From Catajapyx aquilonaris (Eukaryota): DNA of 20,000 nucleotides. Positions 1 through 10,500 of the stretch are shown one piece after another. Location: contig KZ538382.1 in NCBI GenBank assembly GCA_000934665.2, positions 56,573-76,572 on the forward strand. The letters are read 5' to 3'. The number at the start of each line of letters is the position of its first letter. Within the stretch, counting starts at the first letter, position 1. The notes below the pieces were generated by a model that saw nothing but the letters and a program-made list of their open reading frames with translations, was not told the origin of the DNA and did no database searches. Made by a program: the position numbers and the translations under genes.

Positions 1-49
1 ATAAACCCGAATAGCTCGCTTTACGACGTTTCGGAATTTCAAATAGCGT

Positions 50-1000
50 TTGCCAGCATGCATCGCACATACATTCAAGAGCCGGTGCTTCTAACTTTTG
101 ACAAAACTGTATCACCTCAAGCAACATATAAAATATGAGAGCCATCTGAAATCCGCGAAAAACTAACTCAAAACTTCGTTTATGTCATGCGGTCCAAGAG
201 TGACACCTATTTTGTGATATAATATCCCTTGTTAAAGCTTTACAAGCAGGACGGTACACTATATTGGAAGCAGTGAAACAGCATGAAGAGTGATAGAGTG
301 AGGATACGAAGCTACAAACTTTCAAAGTGCCCATCAACGACGTACATTGTAACTTGCAAGGAATTTATACTCCTGATATAACGAGGCTGCAGATTTATGG
401 GATCTTATTTGCATGAATGAAATTGCCTTGCGTACCTCTGATAGGATAGGAAGATTCTTATTAGGCGAAGACTCCCCTCCAGAGTCTCCAAACTCTGCGA
501 TCAAATTGATCCATTTATGCCTTAAAAGCCATTTGATGCTCTACTTGGCAAAACAATAGGTGGATAACCACCCTATGGAAATTCTGCCTTTGGGAAACTG
601 CAATAAAAAAGGTGTCGCAACGTTGCCGGTTTTTAGGAATGTCGATAAATTGGTATGTATACGGATGCTTATAAGGGCAATAAAGAGCACAGATGATTGA
701 CCTTGCGAACATCAACCCCGTTCCGATTATTACACTGTGGAAGGTAACAGGCTGAAGTTTAGCTTGTGCTTCTGCGGTTAAGTAAGAGCGCATTAGAGGC
801 AAATCCTCGGAGAGAATTATTAGGACATGATCATTAAGCACGCAGTGTACTTTGCATTTGAGATTGCCTCCACGGAAAGTCTCAGCATTCCATTGGCAAC
901 GTTCCGGGATCCTAATCAGGAAATATTGCCAACCTGCTTCTCCAAGCAAGGTGGCTCAGAACGCAATAAACTTTGCTCCAGCTGAGGCAACTTTGAAGGT
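50..1000 (+). pseudogene. Heavily decayed hAT-type transposase remnant (intronic)
   Basis: hAT-like motifs in the expected order: CIAHTF (59-76), WDLI (398-409) and LLGEDSP (458-478) in one frame, then RKYCQPAS (918-941) with SER (956-964) after a frameshift. Stops and frameshifts intervene. Boundaries are approximate. Confidence 0.4.
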
Positions 1001-1346
1001 ATCGCTACCGAAACACCCCCAGAAAGTTTTTAAAGCACCGTTTTTGTCTAATTATTACCATCTTGTACTTGTTGTGCCTATTTAAACGTGAAAGTTACAT
1101 CCCATTAATTAAGTACCGTATATTGAGATTTTGACAAAATGATCTATCTTGTGACACCCCACGCTTTCACTAGATGGGGTTGTTGGCTAGTTGAGAGTTC
1201 CGCCACCAGCTAGTGTGTCAGGCTTTGTAGCCAGTCCTTGTTTGAAGCACGACCACAGCCATGGGTCAGGAAGGATGACCTAGGCTGGTTATCTATCTCC
1301 ATAAAAATTGACGGACGTTCATAAACAATATTGTTCTCCTCCACAG

Positions 1347-1505
1347 TTATCCCTAACCCTGGACGGCGTTTATTCCGAACGATGGACAATGGCCGGCACT
1401 TTCAGCATGCTGTCCTCCAGCCGAGTGTACGTCGGAGGTGCCGAACACCCACACCTTCTGCCTGGTTCCAAAATAAGAAGCAACTTCGTAGGCTGCCTTC
1501 GAAAG
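1347..1505 (+). CDS. Nrx-1: Neurexin exon A: C-terminal part of LNS2 ([31 protein letters not shown]...NFVGCLRK)
   Basis: Acceptor ttctcctccacag, donor AAG|gtaaat, phase 0/0. YVGG and FxGCL laminin-G motifs. Confidence 0.93.
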
Positions 1506-4500
1506 GTAAATGACTGTGCATGTAATCGTCTTTTCACTCCTTCGCACCTCTATGCACACGATCCGATCATGGGGGGGTAAAGGCTGCTGCCTCATTTTGC
1601 ACATCGATTCGAATGCAACCCCAGTGGGTTAGAGAGGCGAAGCAAACTCCTACTGATGCCACATGGTGCCAGGTCTAAAGGGGGGTGAAAATTTACGGTG
1701 GAAAGTCCTGGGAAGCAGTGGGAATTATTATTCCTCATATTTCATTACCCATTGTTCACGGATTTAGGAGGAATTTATTTGCAAGGGGATTTATTACGGC
1801 TTCCAATTTTAGGACGTCCGGATTGGACAAAGTCGTGCGAGGATGAAAAAGGAACGTTTCGGTGGCTCCTGGGATTTGTCCCCGGGTGATTTGTGGCTCT
1901 TTTGTCGGTGTATAATTCAAATCGAGTCGGTAAAACCCCAATTTCTAGCTGGAGAGTGCTGCAAAAACATGTCGATTGAACGGCTCATTTTGGAATTGCT
2001 GTCGCGTGATCAGTACAGATTGAGCGTTTTCACGCCAGACACTGGTTCGAATATGACGGTGCTTTACTGTTGCCCAAATACCGCATATTTTTGTCGACAA
2101 TGAGTTGGCATTGTAGCTCAAATGTTCAAACCGAACCATAGGATTGCGCAAATGAACCGACTGAACCTACATTTCAAAAAAAAATCAAGGGCTGACGAAC
2201 GAATTCACTGCCTGAGCCTCTCGATTAAAAATGCATTTAATTGTTGAAATAGTAACGAGAATTAGTAGTTTCCGCCACTAACGATCGGCCATTCTGACAA
2301 AGGTCAAACCAATCGTATGCCAAGTTCGGTTTTGGCACCGCCTGGCTAAAATTCAAACTGGCGTTAAATTAATCAATCAAAAATGTTCACTCTCTCTCTC
2401 TCAAATTTTCATGTTGATATCTAACATTTATGTTCGGATAAATTCAATATTGTACACAATGTACAGTGGTGGACATTAATCTGATGCGCCAGAAGTGCAA
2501 ATCGAAGTGAGCCGTGCGAGTAAGAAGAGGTAGGCCTTGAGTGACGTCACTGGCTGGGGGGGCAATGGAGAAAAGGCTTGTCCCCCAGCCAGTGACGTCA
2601 CCCAAGGGCAACCAGTTCTTACTCGCACGGCTCGGACTCTATCACTTCCATCTGCACGTCTGCCGCAACGGAAAATGTCGCTAGCAGTATGACGGAATTA
2701 ATGTCCAGCACTGTAAACCGTAGTATATGGCCAGAACACATGCTACAGTGACCTTCGAAGCAACAGGCAGCCAACTACCCATCATCCTAGTCCATACCCG
2801 CATTATTTACTTAAACATTAATTAAACCTGCAAACTCAAGCGTGCACGAATAATGGCAGCCAAAGCTGCAAACACCATGCAGCAAACTTTCCCCACTCCC
2901 AAATTAAACCCAGCTATTAGCAGCAAAGAAACAGTCCCCTAAAAACTAGGCACTGTACGACTCCTAAAGCCCTTAGCCTCCTTTTTCCTTGACTTGTTGC
3001 AATCCTAGGCCCATAGTCGAGCTCTCCCATTTGGACTTGAAGAGAGCCTCATCAATACCTCGCAGACCCCATTTCCTTCTGATCCATTTGGAGCCCTGAT
3101 GGCGAATCCTGTCACAGCTAGGCAGGACGCCTCCAATCATGGAGAAGTGCTGAGAAACACTGAAAGGAGGCCCTGCTGAATTCACTCCCGCAAAGTTTAT
3201 CTGGTAATTTCATCGGCAGGAATAGGATGAAAGCTGGATATAATTGGCAGATTGGAGGAGAGGATCGGCACGACGATGCTTTTCTTAGAGGAGGGTGTAA
3301 TGTGCAGGTCGTGAGAAACTGGAAGAGAAAAGGAAGTCCATGCACCAGTAAACCCCCCAATCTTCTTAGAAATTGATTCGATTGTACCGAAGTATAGGCT
3401 CAATTTATTGGTGGGGATTACTGGCCAGGAAATGTATTTCAATGTGGGTGGCGAATCGGTACAAGCACGCGTGTGTCCTCCCTGCTGCTGTAATTCTCCG
3501 CACTGACATTTATGGTCAGTGGCAAGCCCACTTTTGAGGGTTCATGTGACACGAGATTCTCAAATTAGGGTGACTTGAACTAGGAAGAAAACCGGGTTAG
3601 ATCATCACGCACAAATCAGTCATATAGTGCGACGCATTTGCGAGCATTGCTCCCCATGCGAGTTTGCGATTAAAAACTCCGCCCCCATTAGGTCACCGAC
3701 CAATTCCAGGCAGGGATTCATGGCTGTGCCCAATGGGATTTGTGTCATGCATCCATACCGATCCAAGAGCTATAAAGCATCGCGTGTATGTTGGGTTGTA
3801 TCATGATAGGATGAATCAACTGTCACTTTTCCTCCTGGGCAAACTTGAAGTCGCATCCATGACATTACCATATTGACACATTTCGTTTGATCCTCCCAGG
3901 TGGAGTTCAGCGCCGACACCCTCAAGTTGGACCTGATCGAATTGGGTCGTACAGGCAACAAGCTCATCATAGTGGCGGGAAGGCTGGAGTACATGTGCCA
4001 GGAAGTTGATGCTGCAGATCCAGTCACCTTTACCACCAAGGATTCATATATGGTAAGCCATGTTCGCAATCATCCCATCATCATTTGATTTTCAAAATTT
4101 CGAAAAGATCTGAAGTCCAGGCCAAAATGGAAGCCAAGTGCCTCACCGCATTGGCCTCAGATCTTTGATTACAGACGCTGTTGTGCAGTTGAAACGTTCA
4201 GGTGACCTCCGACACCGGCCAAGTCGCTCAATCTTCTCGTGTGAGCGCACTTTGGACAACAATTTTCTCAAGTCATTTTCCCTCGACAGTTCAAAAAAAA
4301 AACATCCGCGAGCCTATCAAGGTGGAAGGATAAAATTGAAGCAAGGACATCTAGACAGCAGACATCTTTTCGTCTCGCCCTTTTGCCTTTTTGCAGACTC
4401 TCTGCTGCCGAAAAAGGCTCTGCTAATCATTTCCTCTGCCAGAATTAAGATCCGGAATCCCTAAGTGGAGTAATTTACGTGCTAATTACTCTACTGCGGG

Positions 4501-7500
4501 ATAGGAAAATGTCACTGCGGCTGGATTCCACCATCCATTTAACGCTTAAAATAATTTGCGCAAAAATGAAGTCAGCCTTTTGTATAATAAAAAAGGGCTA
4601 AGTACGTTGTATGTTGACATATGTTTTCTTAGAAATTACTCTGAATTTGCAAAAGTCGAGTCAGTGACTGACCTACTTTCTAGTGTCGTTATTACGTGAC
4701 CTCTCTTGAAAAAAAAATCAGTTTTTCCTCGAACATTGGAGTAATTCGGCTGTTTGTGTAAACGCATGACGTGCTCCATTCATCGCATGTTGCACAGGTC
4801 CCCCTACCATTGTGTTGGCATCCCTGGTCCCTCATGAAGGTGCGTGCCTCAATGAAAAACCAGATAAAGCTCAAAGGAAAGTCCACGGCGCTTCGTGCAT
4901 TTGGAACACAACGTTGGAAATAGTATTACATGAGCTTTTAAGTTGTTATCTCTGTATCCCGGGCACTGCACCAGAATTAAAATACGGTCGGAGTTATTAA
5001 TAAATGAGCACTTGTGGCATTGCACTGACTGGGGGGACAGAAGAATGGCACGCATTGTTTGCTGAAACTACAATATGGACGGATTAACAGAACATGCGGT
5101 CAGTGATTGCGTAGGGTTTATCAGAAGCTGCACGCATTTTTGGATGTGTAGCAGCTATTACATGTATAGGTCACGTAGGTTGCCTAATATCAAAGTTAAA
5201 TTAAGAATGGATCGTTAATTTTACAAGGCGCATGTGGACCAACCAAAAAAAAAAAAGTTTCAATTTTGCAGGATAATTGGCGCACATTCCTTCCTTGATC
5301 ACCCATGCAGTCCAGCGCACAGGGAGAGTGCATTCCACAACAATATCGATGTTAACGTGGCATGCCAAGTGTAATTTTGTGCGCCTGAAAAATGGCGGCG
5401 TCCTAATTAAAGCTTAATTGTTGCAGATGCAGACGTAGAAATATGCAGGGGGTGTGTGCAGGCAGACTTAATAAAAGGTGCCCTGGGTGAGTGTATGTGA
5501 AATGATGAAGGACCTGAAACTGTGTGTTGAGGTGGAATTTTTTTAAATGATTTTTAGTATACTGATGATAAAATACCAAAATTGGTATTTCATGTATTTA
5601 AACGAACTGATTGGGTCCAAACAAATGTGTTAAATTCACAGTGTGCGTCTTCGTCATTTGAACATGCAAATCGAAACCGAATTCCGTTTCCATATGTCAG
5701 TTGGCGATATGAAATTACGCGCGCACTTTGCACTCTGCGTAGTAAAAAAAAATGAATGATCCTTTGTAACGACATTATCGTTGAACTGTTAACCCAATCG
5801 AGGCAAACGTCGCATTTCCCTCCAGCATAGGTCCGCCCCAATAATGAATGAGTCTGCCATGTCCAAATCACGCCCTTGTTTTTCTCAACCAGACCGAACA
5901 TCAGAGCAGTGATTTCCCCCCCCCCCNAATATTTGATCGTGGGCCAGACGAAAATTGAGTGTCGCCTTGTGTTTTTGGGGGCATTTTGTTTTTCAGTGGG
6001 TCAACCATCAGCCGGCCAAAGTCAGTGGACCGTACGTACTTACTCTGTGGCTCTGATTAGTGCCTTTGCCTGAGTTATGGAAAGCTTTAGTTTTCTTCTC
6101 CCCCGAAACTAGTAGACGATCACTAACTTGTGCGGCGCTGTGATTGCATGCCACTTTCCAGGAAGGACAGCTGAAAAACCGCTTTGATGACGCCATTACG
6201 CTTCAAGGGAAAAACTCATTCTAAATCTTCCTCCGCATGGAACTAACCCCGCGTGCTTCGAAAAACCGCTGTAACCTACTTTTATTGATTGAACGATCAG
6301 AGCAGCAATTCCGCTGGTTAACCTCTAAAAATATATCAGTACCCAAAATAGCAAAATAATAATAAAAAAATGAAGAGTACTTTGGAGGGTTGTGTCACTT
6401 TGTACTACTTCTAGAGTGAGAATGAATGAATGCGTAGTCTTTTTGACCAGCTTATTGTCCATTCTCACCCCAGGCCTACTACTCTGAGGGCGTGATCACC
6501 TACTCCACTCCAGACTCCTTCCTGGTAAGCTACTTCAAGTTCATTTTTGGATTAGCTTACATCTTTTTTTTTCTTATTCATTTTTAATGCGTTGAGAAGC
6601 TGCCACAGTCTGATCTAGGCATGGTTACAAATTCGTAACAAGTTATGGGTTACAAGTTTCGTAAGAAATATTTTTTTTGCATGGAATATTGCATGTGCAG
6701 TGTGATTCCGCATCAGACAGCTCACTGCGCATGGGATCTGCGCATATGTTTTACAACGCAGCACGTCTGCGCACTTTTTCACGATGCGGAATGACGCTGC
6801 AAATATTGTATTTTGAATTCATTGATCTTTTTTTTGTTCATTTTAGCTTGAATTGCCTGCCATTACCATTATTTGCGCACTAGATGGCTCTAATCAGTGT
6901 AATGCATCGGTGTTTTCTTGAAAGAAATATTGGGGGGGTTCAGTCTTCCTGTTGCGGCAGCTACAGCGAAACAAAAATCGTGAGGTCATTGTACGTCCAC
7001 AAATAGACGTGGATTGCTGCCAGTGTCTTTGCTTCGATCGTATAATTATTTATTGCTACACGGTTCGCGCAATATGGGCTTCACTTGGAAAGGTTTATTA
7101 CCACCACAATTTTGTTTGATCATGCCATTTTCATTGTGACATCAGCTATCTGCACTCTTTCATTGCCATATGTTTTTACCCCTCATCCCATTTCACTTTG
7201 TTCGAAAAAAAAAAAATCCTGTGGTTAATGGAGAAGACCTTTAAAAGGATTTTCCCCGCTTTTTGCAGAGCATGTTCTGACAGTCGATACACCAAACCAA
7301 AGCTGATAGCTTCATAACTCAGTTATCCCCAAAAAGTTTGCCTTTTCCGCATGCGACATGACCCACATTGCAGATATAGCTCTCTGCAATGAAACATTTT
7401 TGAACTGGATCGGACATATTTTTTTTTTCTGTAACCCAGTCCATCCCTAACGACACGTTTAATTTTACCCAGTTCAAATTGCGTAGAAACACATGGATTA

Positions 7501-10500
7501 CACTTGGCAACAGGGTTTGCATATCGGAATGAGATAATGTGGTGTGTCATCCGAAATTTCTCCTGGTCGAATCAGTGTCAGTGAATAAAGGGAGATGGTG
7601 GGGGTTGGGGAGATTTCGGGCGTTCCCCCCCGCCTCTCCCCATTCGTGCCAGTCATATCCAATTAGCACAGGTGATTACGGTAAGCGACTAGACTTTTCG
7701 CGCTCCACCTGATGGATTCACCGACTAAGCATTCATCTGTCCAGGGTTGCACCAACGAGGATTTAATTAGGTTCCCGTTACCTGTCTTCGTGACCCCTGC
7801 CAGCCAACAGACGTACTTGGAAAGACTCCAGAAATCTATTGTGTGCAAGGCGAAAACGGTCTCACCTTATGACATGGATGACTGCATTCGGCCTGGAATT
7901 TAACTCACTTAGAAGTTCAGCTTACTTAATGACTGCTTCGTCTGGAGGAGGAGGCCATTGTGCCAGGAATTTCTAGTTGGGTAATTTAGATTTGAATAGT
8001 TCGCTCTGAGGAGGATTCTATTCAGATCCTGGACCTTTTTTTTCTGAGTTTCGAGCAAATTTTTTGGGTCACTGCGTTGCATGACAGAGGGCAGTAGCAC
8101 CGCGACACTAGCGCCACTAGTGACCAAGTCGTCGCCCACTTGGAGGATTCCGCCATATTTATGGGCCACAGATATGTACAAAATTTGCTCCGTTATTAGA
8201 GCAGAAATTCCGCGAATTCCATCAGATAAGCCCCAAAATTTATGTTCCAAAAACCGTCGTCCATTAATTATTCCTACTGCGACTTTTACACCGATAGTAT
8301 TTATGCAGCATGCAAACGTCACAGTCTACCCATATCAAATCCGAGTTTTCTTTTTTTGAAATTAGACTTGTGGGCAGATAAGGACCTCCTAGTACGCTTC
8401 GTCTGAGAAACCTACAGCTGAACTTCACGAATAACATTTCCCGAAATGACACATACTTGCAATACCAAAGATTGTTATTGCCATTCGTGCCGCAGATTCC
8501 CGCAAAAAGGAGGACGCCGCTCTTTTTAAAAGGTTACCCGATCCTTGTCTTATCGTGAAACTTTCAGATGGCCTTGAATATGCCCTCAGCAGGTGAACTG
8601 CGCAGAAAAAGCCACATAACTCTTCAAGATACTTGCGACAAGCATTGCTTCTCACATACCACGCCCAATATACTACAACACCTCTTGCCATTACAAGTTT
8701 CATCAGGTATCATATATTTCGGTCGACAGAAACTCACATATAAAGTACCCTCCCTTCCTTCTCTATCACACTGGTCACTATGACACTGCGACTGTATAGG
8801 TGACGTACACACAGCATGTCTACTTAAAACCACCGTAAAACATGGTCAAACACCGCTGGTTTTATTATTTTACACACACTTTTCCGCTTATTTGTTTTAT
8901 GGCGTGTTGTCACCCATGCAGGGACCGTACAATGATAACTTATGACAAAGGAGGCGCGCTTCTATTTTGATCTAGGTGCTGCCATCCTGGGAGGCTCCTA
9001 GGGCTGGTTCTATCTCCTTCAAGATCCGGACCAACGAGCCAAATGGGCTTCTCATGTACAACAGTGGAGCTCGCTCAGCTCAGGTACAGTATACGTACAC
9101 ACCCTTTTTTCCTTATATCCAATCTTTCTTTTTTCACCCATTCCTTTGGATTTACACAGCAAAGTAACGAGGTCAGACGAAAAGAGTGTGGATTAAAAGC
9201 ATCTGCACGGATGCAATTAATTCCTCTGCAGGTTCATTAAAAGTTTACCAGCTTTGCTATTAATTTTTTAATTAATTCGGTTGGCAGTGCCTTCCAAGAA
9301 GAGTTATCGAAACACTACGCCTTTTTTTCCTTCATTGTTTTCAAAATCGAGGCTCCCGGATGCTTATCCTACTCTAATCATGGATAAAAAAGAAGTTTCT
9401 TGAGGGTAGCAATAATGCTTGTACAGGATGTAATTATTGCGAAAACTTGTGCTAATGATGCCCTGGAGAGAGTCGCAATCGATGATTTCCCTCTTTGCAG
9501 GGAGACTTCTTCGCCTTGGAGCTTCTGAACGGGCATATATTCCTGCATTTGGATTTGGGTTCCGGGGCCGTCAGGGTTCAAGCTACCACCCGGAGAGTCG
9601 ATGACGGATTCTGGCACGAAATAGCCCTCAACAGGAACGGAAGGTCCGGGCGTATCACGGTCGACGGTTCGGCAGCGGATTTTATCACGCCTGGTAACGT
9701 ATCCGAGATTTCTGGCTTATTGAAATCAAGCTGACATGGATTTAACTAATCCTGGACTATCGGGCTTTAAAGTTTAAACCTGTGTTGGTAAAATTGTTTC
9801 TGAATTTTTTTAGGTGAGTCTAACCAGCTGGATCTAGAAGGAGCGCTATTTGTTGGTGGTTTGGGTGGTGCTGGTGGTGTTGGTGTTGGAGGCGGCTTAG
9901 GAGGAGTGGCAGGACTGGTGCCCATACCGCCCGCCCTGTGGTCCGGTCGGTTGCGGTACGGGTACGTCGGGTGCCTGCGGGATCTGGTCATCAACGGTCA
10001 TGCAGTTGACATAGCCGCATTTGCTCGGGAGCAAGACTCTGGTAGGATTTTCACGTACATGAACATATGACGTGCTAAACCGTATGAAATTCGCAGGTTC
10101 GATTCGGTCATCGTGCCACACACTGCCTCCACAATGTGACTCACAACCATGCATGAACGGCGGAGATTGTTCGGAAGGATGGAACCGCTTTCTGTGCGAT
10201 TGCTCCTCCAGCAGCTTCACCGGTCCTACCTGCGGGAAAGGTACTTTGTAGCCTCTTTGCAGCAACTGAAACTATATGACGCTTTGTCGCAACTCAGATG
10301 CGACGACCCTGAGCTTCGACGGCTCGCAGCACATGCAACTAAGCATGAGCCCGGAATGGCGCACTCAGGCCGAAGACATTGCACTGCGCTTCCGCACCAC
10401 GAGACCGTCCGGGCTGTTGCTTGCTACCAGCTCCGAGCAGGCACCTGACCGTCTCGAGGTCGCATTAGACAGCGGAAGGGTTCGTCTCAAACTTCGGATC

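Noticed and set aside
1660..2345. hAT-like MITE ending at TTTTGGCACCGCCTG with AACCGA-like subterminal repeats
   Set aside because: No convincing matching left TIR or 8-bp TSD could be found.
5916..5927. Poly-C run ending in N
   Set aside because: Sequencing or assembly ambiguity, not biology.
6621..6670. Two ~25-bp direct repeats (ATGGTTACAAATTCGTAA-like) as a CRISPR or satellite array
   Set aside because: Only two degenerate adjacent copies with no spacers, in a eukaryotic intron. A simple tandem duplication.
7582..7645. G-rich/C-rich fold-back
   Set aside because: The arms are low-complexity and only loosely complementary.
4053..8975. Extra or mutually exclusive neurexin exons in the 4.9-kb intron
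   Set aside because: The flanking exons join cleanly (KDSYM|VLPSW), and no ORF here resembles LNS or EGF sequence.
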